From: a virus
Taxonomy: Duplodnaviria; Caudoviricetes
Direction: 5' to 3' (one strand)
IMG/VR virus record: IMGVR_UViG_3300016476_001496
Coordinates: 1-46,999 of that record
Length of the DNA: 46,999 bases
Below, piece by piece: positions 27,882 to 37,855 of the stretch. The notes under the pieces are model-generated. The model searched no databases, was not told where the DNA came from, and was given only the letters and a program-made list of their open reading frames with translations. Within the stretch, counting starts at the first letter, position 1. Every line of letters starts with the position of its first letter. A program made the position numbers and the translations under genes.

Positions 27882-28772
27882 ATATTCATCTAAGTTTTTA
27901 TCATTTAAGTATTCTAAATACTTTTGATAGAAAGCTGGATCAACCAAATAGTATTTATCACAAACAAATGTTATTTCTTGGTCAACTATTTTATCCATTT
28001 GATTATCAACATAACCATATACTATGTTTTCTAAATTTTCTCTTAATTCTTTTTCAGCTTCTTCCATATAATCATCAAGACTCATAGCAGGTTCCCAATC
28101 TAAAAGTTTTTGAACATATTCAAATGACTTATTAGATAAATCATCATTATCCTCTTTAACTCTTTTAACAGCAGTTATAATATCTCTATCATATTCAATT
28201 CCATTATAACACCAATCACCATTATTTCCTGGACCATATTGCCAATCCCAATCACTTTCATCAAAATAATACCAATGTTCTCCTTCAATATCACCATATA
28301 AATCTTTTACATCTGGATTCCAATAATACTGATAATCTCCTATTGGGAAAAATAAATAAGGTCTACCATAATCACTTGCCACAGTTGGTAATTTAGAAGC
28401 AAATACACCAACACTTCTTAATTGAACACCAAATTTTTCTTCAAAAAAATTATCTAAAATCTCAGACACTTCTTTTTTTGTGTCAAGTGGTTTTCTATCA
28501 ATTCTAGATCCTTTAACACCTATACCCTTTGTATAAGTATCATCTACATTTTTAGCACCTCTAAAAATAGGTCCTACTTTACCTTCTTTTACTTCATCAA
28601 GAAACTGTTTACACTCATTCTCTAACATAGAAATAATTTCTTGAAATTCCTCATCTGTATATTCTTCATCTTTATATCTTTTATTAGCCCAAGTAATAAA
28701 ATTACCTAAACTTGCAAATCTTATTTTTCCAAATCCTGATGAGAAAAACTCATATGTTTTCATATATTTCAT
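27858..28772 (-). CDS. Hypothetical protein with capsid-targeting-like leader, possible ADP-ribosyltransferase-like fold
   Basis: MKYMKTYEFF; IFRG..VFAS..A.DYG pattern. Confidence 0.55.
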   Translation of the reverse strand: MKYMKTYEFFSSGFGKIRFASLGNFITWANKRYKDEEYTDEEFQEIISMLENECKQFLDEVKEGKVGPIFRGAKNVDDTYTKGIGVKGSRIDRKPLDTKKEVSEILDNFFEEKFGVQLRSVGVFASKLPTVASDYGRPYLFFPIGDYQYYWNPDVKDLYGDIEGEHWYYFDESDWDWQYGPGNNGDWCYNGIEYDRDIITAVKRVKEDNDDLSNKSFEYVQKLLDWEPAMSLDDYMEEAEKELRENLENIVYGYVDNQMDKIVDQEITFVCDKYYLVDPAFYQKYLEYLNDKNLDEYKKNNPVD

Positions 28773-28803
28773 AATGTATATATAAAATTTTTATATATAA
28801 ATC

Positions 28804-29184
28804 ATGGCAAATAATTTTAATTTTATAGATTTCTACATACACTACCCAGGACACCCTGATTATATTCCATTAGAATTAATTGAAGATGATGTTGTGAAAG
28901 TTATCATTCAAAAATATGAAATGATAATATTCACAAATAAAGGTGAAGTATTAGGTGAACCTAACTTTGGTGGAAATCTTACAGAATTACTACATGAAAC
29001 TAAATTATCATCTGAATCTGTTCAAGGAGAGTTAATGGCACAGATTGCAGATTATATACCAGAGATTGATAAATTAACTTATGAATTAGTTGTTAACTTT
29101 TATGATGATCCAGAAAATTATCAAGAATATATGGAAATTCTTTTTACAATTAATGGATATGAAGTTTATGCCACTATAGCATAA
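28804..29184 (+). CDS. Baseplate wedge protein (gp25-like)
   Basis: IFTNKGEVLGEPNFGGNLTELL..I.DYIPE. Confidence 0.8.
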   Translation: MANNFNFIDFYIHYPGHPDYIPLELIEDDVVKVIIQKYEMIIFTNKGEVLGEPNFGGNLTELLHETKLSSESVQGELMAQIADYIPEIDKLTYELVVNFYDDPENYQEYMEILFTINGYEVYATIA

Positions 29185-29518
29185 CCCAATTAAAATCTGG
29201 ATTTTTTTCTATAACATACTCCCAAAAACCACCACTTACATCTTGATCTATAAATATAGTCACTTCTTTGTCAATATTTTTAAGAATAGTATCAATAACA
29301 TTTTTAGAAAACCCACTTTCACCTGATGAATTAACTATAGACTTAATAGTAACAGATTTATCAGTCAATTTCAACATAAGTGCTTTTATTGGTTCTTTAG
29401 AATCAATTCTAACTAATGGATTACCCAACTTATTAAGTTTAGTAGATAGATATAGATTATCATTTGATAATTTATTATAGGTAAATATTTGTGATAATTC
29501 TTTTATTAGATTTTCCAT
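29174..29518 (-). CDS. Hypothetical protein, possible minimal GNAT-like fold
   Basis: 114 aa, GESGFS..SGGFWE; TATCTTTG 4 nt upstream of the ATG. Confidence 0.55.
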   Translation of the reverse strand: MENLIKELSQIFTYNKLSNDNLYLSTKLNKLGNPLVRIDSKEPIKALMLKLTDKSVTIKSIVNSSGESGFSKNVIDTILKNIDKEVTIFIDQDVSGGFWEYVIEKNPDFNWVML

Positions 29519-29537
29519 CTAACAAAGATACAAAAAA

Positions 29538-30158
29538 TTATTTTATTGGACAATTAGTTGCAGAGTAAATATAATTACTATCTCTTCTAATTTTAACACC
29601 AAAGGTTTTTGCAGCTGTTTCAACATCTAAGTAACACTCTTGGTCAGAACCACCAACCATTACAACTTCTTTACCTTTTAAGTCTGTAAATAAATCTTGT
29701 AGTTTTTTAGGTAAGTGATACCATTTATGATTGTTACCAATGTATATAAGATAAGTATCTTCTGTAGTCTTAAAAAAATCACCTCTTTTTAATTGATGGT
29801 TAGTTTCTTTATGTTTAATATCATTATATACTTTTTCATCTAATATCTTTTTATAGAAATCAGCATCAACATCATAATTATATCTTTTCTCAATCATATC
29901 TCTTTGATTAGGAAAACTATATAAATCATTATGAACTGGAATATCAGGATTTTCATCATAAAGATAATCTTTGTCAACATTTTTACCATCTATATGGTTA
30001 TCCCATATTTGGTAAACATCTTTGAACTTTTTACAATAATCATTAAGTGCTTTCAAATAATTATCATTGAAGAATTTCTTAAAAGACTTTTGAACATCAA
30101 CTATAATTAAGATTCCATTTCCTTTATTAAAATCCTCATATACTTTTAAGTGTCTCAT
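29538..30158 (-). CDS. Isochorismatase/cysteine hydrolase family protein with capsid-targeting-like leader
   Basis: LIIVDVQKSF and VVMVGG..EC motifs; MRHLKVYEDF. Confidence 0.7.
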   Translation of the reverse strand: MRHLKVYEDFNKGNGILIIVDVQKSFKKFFNDNYLKALNDYCKKFKDVYQIWDNHIDGKNVDKDYLYDENPDIPVHNDLYSFPNQRDMIEKRYNYDVDADFYKKILDEKVYNDIKHKETNHQLKRGDFFKTTEDTYLIYIGNNHKWYHLPKKLQDLFTDLKGKEVVMVGGSDQECYLDVETAAKTFGVKIRRDSNYIYSATNCPIK

Positions 30159-31562
30159 TTACATTGAATATCTATTTTTAAGGAAATCTATAAATCTTTC
30201 AGTACCTTCAAGTGCCAATTCTAAATCATTTTTAGAAAGTCTGTTATTAGTTAAATAATACATTGCGTCTGAATAACTCCATCTACTAGCAACCCTATCA
30301 AAAAATCCATTAAGATTATGTAAATATCTTTTTTGTGACATTAATTCTGTAATTGTAGTCAAGTCTGCAAGTAATGTTTCATAGTCATACAAAGTCTCAA
30401 CTTTATATTTAGATACATATTCATAAATCATAGTATTTATTTGCATTAAATTATTGAATATTTTAGAAGGTGTTTTATCATCACTACTATCAACTAAATT
30501 TCTTGTTGAATCCAAACTTCTTTTAATTCTACTTTTATAATCATCCAAAGAGTTAAGATAATTCTCAATATCTCTATTCAAACTATCTATTTTAGATATT
30601 AGTGAATTTTTATTTAGTTGACTACTATCTTTTTGCACTGAATACATAATATCATAAATAGTTTCACCTACAGAATTTATCTTACGCATAGAATCAACAT
30701 CACTTGATGGATTTATAGCAAATAATGCATACTGACCACACAAAAATCTATTTATTAATTTATTTACATTTTTAATTTCATCAAAATTAACATCAATACT
30801 AAATTTACTTCTCTTTATAATTTGTTCAAAATATCTTCTAATATTTTGTTCCTTAATAACTACATGACTTTGTAAAGCCAAAGCACCCCTCTTAATATCT
30901 TTTCTTTCTTGTTTTGTTACTTCTGTACTTTTAACTTTTTTAGATTTCTTTTCCAATTTATCCAAATCTAATATTAATGCAAAGTTTGCACTTTTTAGTT
31001 CTCTTTGAATATCTTCCTCTCTCCAACCATACCAATCTCTTGGTTCAACACTACCATAACTTAAATTGACTAATCTATCATACTTATATGGACTTGTACC
31101 ATCACCATAAACTGAACCATTTGTTGCAGTTTTAGTAATATATTCACCATCTGTATTAAACCAGAACTTAATATATCTCCATTTAGGTTTGAAAGGTTCA
31201 ATACCAGTACCATTACAATGTGGACATTCCATAACTCTTATACGTCCAGCACCCCAACTTCTTTTTAATTTACCATCTTGACATTTCTCACCAGATATTC
31301 CAACTGAACCAAATTCACCTTCTGATGTAGCTCCACACTTCTTTTCTACTGGATCTTTATGAAAGGCCAAAGCTTTTCTAAGTGGTAAATATTCAAATAA
31401 ATCATCACTTATTTCAGATAATGGAAAGTCATTTTTATAGAACATTCTTTCTACATCAAATAAAAATGATTTTCTATAATCTTTATCTACAAACTTCAAG
31501 GTCTTAGATAATTTAATAGATTGAAATGCTTCAAAAAGTTTTATATACTTTAATTCCTTCAT
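30159..31562 (-). CDS. Hypothetical protein with CxxCxGxG zinc motif and capsid-targeting-like leader
   Basis: CPHCNGTG; MKELKYIKLFEAF. Confidence 0.7.
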   Translation of the reverse strand: MKELKYIKLFEAFQSIKLSKTLKFVDKDYRKSFLFDVERMFYKNDFPLSEISDDLFEYLPLRKALAFHKDPVEKKCGATSEGEFGSVGISGEKCQDGKLKRSWGAGRIRVMECPHCNGTGIEPFKPKWRYIKFWFNTDGEYITKTATNGSVYGDGTSPYKYDRLVNLSYGSVEPRDWYGWREEDIQRELKSANFALILDLDKLEKKSKKVKSTEVTKQERKDIKRGALALQSHVVIKEQNIRRYFEQIIKRSKFSIDVNFDEIKNVNKLINRFLCGQYALFAINPSSDVDSMRKINSVGETIYDIMYSVQKDSSQLNKNSLISKIDSLNRDIENYLNSLDDYKSRIKRSLDSTRNLVDSSDDKTPSKIFNNLMQINTMIYEYVSKYKVETLYDYETLLADLTTITELMSQKRYLHNLNGFFDRVASRWSYSDAMYYLTNNRLSKNDLELALEGTERFIDFLKNRYSM

Positions 31563-33256
31563 TATATTGATGGTCCAATTATTTCAATTTTTATTCCTCT
31601 TGATTTTAATGAATCAAAAAATGGTTTTGCCTGCTTAGTATATAAATCACCAGATATAACAACTTTTCTAAGTTTTTCAACACCTGAAATTGCTCTTTCC
31701 AATTGTTTAATACTATCTAAAGTATATATAAGATGCAACTCTTCTAAGTTTCTAAATTGTGAGAAATTAGGAACACCTTTGTTATCACAACTTACAAGTT
31801 TTATCTTTTTAATATCTGGTGTATTTTTTACAATATCAGTGAATATTTTATTATCAAATTTACATTTCTCAAATGCAATTGCAGAGTAAGATATTTTATT
31901 AAATGGTTCTAATGTTTCTAATTTCAAATACTTAAACTTAACCCATTCAAGATCTAATTTAATCTCTAAAAGATTTTCAGGTATTTCAGTAGTTTCAATT
32001 ACCAACTCTTTAAGGTTATTATTTTCATCTATAATAAAATTACTCCAATCATATGAAGGATTAAGATCAAGACTTCTAATATTAGAACCTATTCTTTTTT
32101 TGTTTATAATTTTATCTTCAATTCTATCATGGTAAGGTCTTTCTAATTTAGAATCATCACCAGTATCAATATCTGGAGCATAAATATAATTATAATCATC
32201 TGCATCTACTGGTATATTTGATGTGTATTTCTCAATAATATCATCAAAAGTGGCTTTCATTCTATCTGGATAAGCTCTATCAAAATATACACCAACATCT
32301 TTATCATCATCAAGTGTCTCTAACTTTCTTAATTGCATTCTTGATAAAGGCATAACATCAGATAATTTTTGACCATCTTTATTATAAATTGGACTATCAA
32401 ATATTAAGAAAGCAGGAATACTATTTGGATCAAATACATTTGCCAATAACTGACTTCTACAATCACCTGTATATAAGTGTTGACAAGATGAGTAAAACTT
32501 AGAGATAGACATATTTAATATATCTTTAGGATTATGTTTAATAGATAAATAAATATCTTTATTAAATATCTCAACATCATACTTCCAATTATATTCATTA
32601 TTTGAATCATCTTTTGCCGCACTCACATAAGATTGTAAATTTTCATCCTTAAACAAGTCAGATTCTAACAAGTCAGATTCTTTGTATTTATCACCTAAAT
32701 TACTTTCTATGTATTTAGAAACCATAGAATTATAATCATCAAGAACTGAATTAATATTAACTAAGTTATTTGATAGAACTAAATCTCCTGGTGTTTTCTC
32801 AACTCTAATCATATTTCCATCAGCATCCTTGATAGGTCTACCATTCTCATCTTTTGAAATCATATTATTTGCCAATGTATCATTTACTGATATTTTTTTG
32901 AAAACTGGGTCAAATATAAATACTAATTGATCTAAAGTAGGTTTATTTATGTCAATTTCCTTTACACTATCTGATGCAATAGTAGAAACAAAGTTCACAA
33001 AAGCTTCTGGTAGATTATCAAATATTTCAATTATTTTATCCATATCACAATCCATAAAGGCAGAAAAAACTTCCATTTTATCTTCATAGTCTAATTTCCA
33101 TCTACCTTGTTCTATAGCGGTTGTAGGTTCAATTTCTTCATAATCTAAGTATTTTTCACCCCATTCGGCAGCAACTGCCTTTGCTTGTGTAGGTAAGATA
33201 ACATCTCTCAATCTTGCCTCATTAAGAAACTTCTCTCTATTTCTAATCCATTTCAT
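31562..33256 (-). CDS. Hypothetical protein with SSC motif and C-terminal leucine-rich-repeat-like region
   Basis: ILNMS..FYSSCQ and YFDRAYP; NLKELVI, IKKIKL, NLEELHL, KLRKVVI; MKWIRNREKFLNE. Confidence 0.7.
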   Translation of the reverse strand: MKWIRNREKFLNEARLRDVILPTQAKAVAAEWGEKYLDYEEIEPTTAIEQGRWKLDYEDKMEVFSAFMDCDMDKIIEIFDNLPEAFVNFVSTIASDSVKEIDINKPTLDQLVFIFDPVFKKISVNDTLANNMISKDENGRPIKDADGNMIRVEKTPGDLVLSNNLVNINSVLDDYNSMVSKYIESNLGDKYKESDLLESDLFKDENLQSYVSAAKDDSNNEYNWKYDVEIFNKDIYLSIKHNPKDILNMSISKFYSSCQHLYTGDCRSQLLANVFDPNSIPAFLIFDSPIYNKDGQKLSDVMPLSRMQLRKLETLDDDKDVGVYFDRAYPDRMKATFDDIIEKYTSNIPVDADDYNYIYAPDIDTGDDSKLERPYHDRIEDKIINKKRIGSNIRSLDLNPSYDWSNFIIDENNNLKELVIETTEIPENLLEIKLDLEWVKFKYLKLETLEPFNKISYSAIAFEKCKFDNKIFTDIVKNTPDIKKIKLVSCDNKGVPNFSQFRNLEELHLIYTLDSIKQLERAISGVEKLRKVVISGDLYTKQAKPFFDSLKSRGIKIEIIGPSI

Positions 33257-33304
33257 ATATTTTAAATAAATTTATTTGTAGAGTATATATTAAAATTTTT
33301 TCAC

Positions 33305-33312
33305 TAATTTTG
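33305..33312 (+). promoter_or_regulatory. TAnnTTTG promoter (TAATTTTG)
   Basis: 4 nt upstream of ATG 33317, heading a three-gene operon. Confidence 0.65.
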
Positions 33313-33316
33313 TTGG

Positions 33317-33583
33317 ATGTTTAACCTTTTTGATAAAATACAAATAAAAAATATCCTTGAACAAAAAATAAAGGACAAAGAAATCATTAACTATAAGTTA
33401 ACTGATGATAAACTTTATTTGTATATATCAAACAAAAAGAAAAATAAGAAATATAATATTGACCTAAGTAAAGTATCAGGTAAAGAATTAATATCAGTTC
33501 TTTATAAGACTATACCTAAAGATATTGATAATCACTTCAAAGTTGAAATGAGAAGTGTTAAAATTAGAAAACTATTAAATTAA
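33317..33583 (+). CDS. Hypothetical protein with C-terminal RSVKIRKLL motif
   Basis: 88 aa. Confidence 0.65.
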   Translation: MFNLFDKIQIKNILEQKIKDKEIINYKLTDDKLYLYISNKKKNKKYNIDLSKVSGKELISVLYKTIPKDIDNHFKVEMRSVKIRKLLN

Positions 33584-33587
33584 TTAT

Positions 33588-34049
33588 ATGATATTACAAA
33601 TCACACTACTTATAACAATGGGTTGTCTATTGTTCATGATAATACTATTACATAAATTCTATTCTAAAAATGAAGAATTGAAAAAAGAACTATTTGATAT
33701 AAAAGCTAAAAACAATGAAATGGAAAAGTTCAATGAAGAACTTATGTTGATTGAACCTGGTGATAAAGTAATTTATCCTGATTATGGTCTTTGTTATAAT
33801 CCTAAAACAGATAAAGAAAAGAATTTTAAAGTTACTTATGAACTTGAAGTATTAGATACCTCAAAAGATAAAGTAAAGGTTAGAGCAATTGACTTCACAT
33901 CAACTGATGCAGTTGCAAGAGACCCAAAAAACAAACAAGGTATTATTGATTTTATGAAAGACAAATGGGTAAATAAGAAAGAAATACAATTAATTGTTGA
34001 TGAATCAATTAAAAGAGATATTAAATTAAGAAAATTAGGTATTAGTTAA
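33588..34049 (+). CDS. Membrane-anchored hypothetical protein with C-terminal RDIKLRKLG motif
   Basis: N-terminal hydrophobic helix followed by a coiled coil. Confidence 0.7.
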   Translation: MILQITLLITMGCLLFMIILLHKFYSKNEELKKELFDIKAKNNEMEKFNEELMLIEPGDKVIYPDYGLCYNPKTDKEKNFKVTYELEVLDTSKDKVKVRAIDFTSTDAVARDPKNKQGIIDFMKDKWVNKKEIQLIVDESIKRDIKLRKLGIS

Positions 34050-34387
34050 TGAAAGAATTAGTAGAAATTGAAAGAACCTATATCAAAGATATTATAGAGT
34101 TCTTTTGTAGAAAATCCTTAGAACTATTTATAGGAAGAACAGATTCATTTTCACATGAGGTTACATCTTGGATAGAAAGTAAGATTGTAAAAAGATTACA
34201 TCAAACAGGTCTAATAACTGATTACCGTATTGTTGTTAATTTTTATGATATTGCAGAAACCAGAGAAATGAAAATTGGTCAATTATTAGGAACATCTTCT
34301 GTTACTCCTAAAAATAGTATTGAAGTTAGTGTAAATATGGTAATAGAGATTTTGAAACCTTTGAAGTTGAAATTACTTAATTCTTAA
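34049..34387 (+). CDS. Hypothetical protein with REMKIGQLL motif; weak tail-sheath C-terminal resemblance
   Basis: LELFIG..GLITDYRIVV..IEVSV pattern. Confidence 0.55.
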   Translation: MKELVEIERTYIKDIIEFFCRKSLELFIGRTDSFSHEVTSWIESKIVKRLHQTGLITDYRIVVNFYDIAETREMKIGQLLGTSSVTPKNSIEVSVNMVIEILKPLKLKLLNS

Positions 34388-34876
34388 ACAATAAAACTTA
34401 TCTTTATCAAAATAAAATTCTATTTCAGTTGGTGATACTTCTCTGATTAAAAAATTAGTTCTTTCACCTACAATAATATCACTAACTGAATCATCTACAA
34501 ATACTTCACAATTTACATCAGTTAGAAAACTATTAAATAACTCTGTAGATGTTATTATAAAATTATTCAATGAAATATCTTTTAATTCTTTCATAACAAT
34601 CTTCTTATTATCTCTAATTAGCTTTGTAAGTATGTTTTTAGACATTTTAATCTCACTTACATTAGATAATGTCATGTTGGTATATAACATTGTTTTAATA
34701 GAAGAAATATCAGTTAAATCTAACTGATATTTCTCTAAGTTATATATCTCTTCTCTTATAGAAGATTGTACTTTACCATTATTTTTAAATACCTCTCTTA
34801 TACTGAAAGAAGCTGGATTACTATCAACCTTAATAACATTGAAGTATTTTTCTATCTCATTAGAAAGAAGTGTCAT
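34373..34876 (-). CDS. Hypothetical protein
   Basis: 167 aa ORF in the thyA operon. Confidence 0.65.
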   Translation of the reverse strand: MTLLSNEIEKYFNVIKVDSNPASFSIREVFKNNGKVQSSIREEIYNLEKYQLDLTDISSIKTMLYTNMTLSNVSEIKMSKNILTKLIRDNKKIVMKELKDISLNNFIITSTELFNSFLTDVNCEVFVDDSVSDIIVGERTNFLIREVSPTEIEFYFDKDKFYCLRIK

Positions 34877-35350
34877 AATAATCTAAAACAATATTATTTT
34901 TGTCTATTACAAATAATAGTTCATCTCTTCTAACCAATTGATACTCAAAATGTCTACCTGTCTTAAATAATGTTCTAATAAATGGTATCTCATTACTATA
35001 GTTAACTGTCTTTTCATCAATCATTAAACAAAGAACTTTTTTATCATCCTCTGTATTATAATGTGTTACTATATCACCATTGTCTTTATCTAATCCTTGT
35101 TTACCATAACAGATAAATTTTGTAGTTAATTTTTCACCACTTGGTGTATAACTAATTGTAATGTTATCTCCAATCTCAATATTTGGTTGTTCATCTTTTA
35201 TATAAAGTCTTATCCAAAAGTATGTCTTTTGTTCTTCTACAACAGTATTAACTGCCTCATCACTTACATTCTCAGGTAAATCTGTAGTATCAATAGTTTT
35301 TATTTGTTCAACTATACTATCTAAATAGTTCATTGTGCTTAAATTACTCA
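34860..35350 (-). CDS. Hypothetical protein
   Basis: ORF 34860-35417; probable start near MSNLSTMNY, downstream of the thyA stop (start approximate). Confidence 0.6.
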
Positions 35351-35370
35351 TTTTTTGTATTATTATTTTT

Positions 35371-36477
35371 TTAGTTTGATAAAGGGAAATTGATTGTTGG
35401 TGAAGATTGATAACCAACTACTTTAAAGTCTTCATACTTAATATCATCAATAGATGTATTAGATAATTCCAATTTAGGTAATTTATATGTCTCCTGTTCT
35501 AATTGAGTATTAACTCCATCAAGTTGGTCTAAATAGATATGACAATCTCCACCAGAGAATATTAAATCATTTGGAACCATATTAACTTCTCTTGCCAATA
35601 AGTGTAATAAGAAAGCATAAGAAGCTATATTAAATGGTAATCCTAATGGAACATCAACTGATCTTTGAAACCATTTAAGATCCAATTTTCTTTTAGGTAC
35701 ATTTAATTCATCTAACTTTTGCTCATCAAAATCTGATGCATAGTGAACACTCTTACCTAAAGAATTACACCAATATTCTAACCTTTGTTCAAAAGTCATT
35801 TCACTTGTATAACATTGAAACCCAAAATGACAAGGTGGTAAAGTCATATTCTCTAACTCACTTACATTCCAAGCATTAACCATTAATCTTCTTGAATCAG
35901 GATTTTTTTTAAGGTCATTGATAAGATTAGCAATTTGGTCTATACCATATTTCTCTTCTTCTACATTATTAGAACCCCATTCCATATCATGTGCAATAGA
36001 CATTCCAGCAGATAAACCTTCCCAATTTCTCCATTGAGCACCATAAACAGGACCTAAGTCACCCCATCTTTCATGAAACTCAGGGTCATTTTTCATATTA
36101 TCAGCAAATTGTTCCTTAGTCATAAGTTCAACTGGTTGAAAGTCAATCTGTGGATTTTCTTTTCTTATTTTTTCTTCTGTTGCTATAACATATTTTTCAT
36201 ATGCTTTATAAGCATCACCATTCCAGATGTTACAACCATTATCAACTAAGTATTTGATATTAGTATCACCTTTCAAGAACCACATAAGTTCAATTATAAC
36301 GGCTTTAGTAAACATTTTTTTGGAAGTAAGTAAAGGGAACCCTTCACTCATATTAAATCTCATAGAGTAGTCAAATACAGATATTGTTCCTGTACCTGTT
36401 CTATCAATTTTTTTAGTACCATTTTTAAGAATGTGTCTTAAAAGTTCAAGGTATTGTTTATCTACATTATTATTCAT
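35371..36477 (-). CDS. thyA: Thymidylate synthase
   Basis: DRTGTGT, FPLLTSK, LGPVYGAQWR, LPPCH and QRSVDVPLGLPFNIASY. Confidence 0.97.
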   Translation of the reverse strand: MNNNVDKQYLELLRHILKNGTKKIDRTGTGTISVFDYSMRFNMSEGFPLLTSKKMFTKAVIIELMWFLKGDTNIKYLVDNGCNIWNGDAYKAYEKYVIATEEKIRKENPQIDFQPVELMTKEQFADNMKNDPEFHERWGDLGPVYGAQWRNWEGLSAGMSIAHDMEWGSNNVEEEKYGIDQIANLINDLKKNPDSRRLMVNAWNVSELENMTLPPCHFGFQCYTSEMTFEQRLEYWCNSLGKSVHYASDFDEQKLDELNVPKRKLDLKWFQRSVDVPLGLPFNIASYAFLLHLLAREVNMVPNDLIFSGGDCHIYLDQLDGVNTQLEQETYKLPKLELSNTSIDDIKYEDFKVVGYQSSPTINFPLSN

Positions 36478-36545
36478 ATAACAAAATTAGTTTCTTGTTA
36501 TATGAATAACTATAGATTTGTTTAATCATGTAACATCATGATTAA

Positions 36546-37055
36546 TTATTTTAAAATACTTGCAATTTTCTTATCTCTAATCAACTCTTTTAATTCAGGA
36601 ATTTGACAAATGTGTTTATCAATCAATACTGGATTAAATTCTCCTATAATCAAATATGAATCATTCATATTTATATTTGATGAATTTACATGCATAAAAT
36701 AATCTTTAAAATTATCAAAATATATATTTATTGAATAATTAAAGTATGGTTCTACTTCATTTCCTTTATGGTCAAACAAATAAACTATTTTAAGTTCAAT
36801 CTCACATAATTTATCATTTGACATTCTTTTTCTCAACCAGATTGAACCATCAGGTCTTTCTTTTAAGAATTTTATAGGTGAAACTTTATCTCTCAAAAAG
36901 TAAAAGAGTTTTTCATTCTTTTCCTTTACCCAAATATAAAAATTTCTTTTTACATATTGAAAATAACTAGAAGGAATAGAACAAGGTACAATTTCAAAAT
37001 CATACTCTTGTTCTATATAATCTACTATTTTGTTAAGTTGATTTATTGGTTCCAT
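36546..37055 (-). CDS. Hypothetical protein with C-terminal RDKKIASIL motif
   Basis: 169 aa. Confidence 0.65.
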   Translation of the reverse strand: MEPINQLNKIVDYIEQEYDFEIVPCSIPSSYFQYVKRNFYIWVKEKNEKLFYFLRDKVSPIKFLKERPDGSIWLRKRMSNDKLCEIELKIVYLFDHKGNEVEPYFNYSINIYFDNFKDYFMHVNSSNINMNDSYLIIGEFNPVLIDKHICQIPELKELIRDKKIASILK

Positions 37056-37621
37056 TCTATTACTTTTAATTCACTTAATGGTTTTCTTGGTGCATTAGAT
37101 ATTAATTCATGTCTTTTACAACATTCTAAAATATACTCAGAGTGTTCTATGTAATCTTTTTTGATTTTCATAATTGAATTATTATTTTCCTCAACACCCT
37201 CTGGGTATCTTTGTTCAGCTCTTCCTAATGTTAAGTGCATACCAAAAAATGGTTCTCTACTTAAACCCATTATCTCTCTGATACTTTCAGCTTCTGGACA
37301 GTGAACTCTTAACCACCAGTGTTCACCATTAGATCTTGGTTCAATTTCAACATAGAAATCAATTTCTTTACCTTCAAATACTTGAGCAAATTGTTCAAAT
37401 ACTTGAGCATCCATTCTATCATTAATAAATGTAACATGGGTACCTCTCAAGTTTCTTGCTAATTCAAGATTAAATCTTTTTTTCAAAAACCAAGCATAGT
37501 ATCTATCTAATTCACAATTAGTACGAATCATAGCAACTCTCTTCCAAGAAGCTTGACTTAAATGCTTCTTGGTTTTGTCCTCAGGACTAAAATCTAATAT
37601 GCCTCTTACTTTAAATACCAT
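37043..37621 (-). CDS. 2H phosphoesterase superfamily protein
   Basis: Two HxT motifs (GTHVTFI, GMHLTLG) about 65 aa apart; TATCTTTG at 37626-37633. Confidence 0.7.
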   Translation of the reverse strand: MVFKVRGILDFSPEDKTKKHLSQASWKRVAMIRTNCELDRYYAWFLKKRFNLELARNLRGTHVTFINDRMDAQVFEQFAQVFEGKEIDFYVEIEPRSNGEHWWLRVHCPEAESIREIMGLSREPFFGMHLTLGRAEQRYPEGVEENNNSIMKIKKDYIEHSEYILECCKRHELISNAPRKPLSELKVIEWNQ

Positions 37622-37664
37622 ACAGCAAAGATAATAAAATTATATATAAAATAAAAATTAAATT

Positions 37665-37817
37665 ATGGATAAATCACAAAAAGAAAACATTTCATTATTA
37701 AGAGAAAAGTTCCTTTTAAACTATTGTAAAAAGATGAATTGGAACCATAATGAGTTATCAACTAATCAAATGTTGATTATAACCTCTCAAAAAGAGTATA
37801 TTACTCCTAAACAATAA
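37665..37817 (+). CDS. Unannotated 50-aa protein
   Basis: Hand translation MDKSQKENISLLREKFLLNYCKKMNWNHNELSTNQMLIITSQKEYITPKQ; TATATA box upstream. Confidence 0.6.
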   Translation: MDKSQKENISLLREKFLLNYCKKMNWNHNELSTNQMLIITSQKEYITPKQ

Positions 37818-37855
37818 GTTTTTTATTAATATAAATAAAAAATAATTAATTATGA

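Noticed and set aside
35371-36477. Intron or intein in thyA (longer than the E. coli enzyme)
   Set aside because: The frame is continuous; the extra length is short in-frame insertions without splicing motifs.
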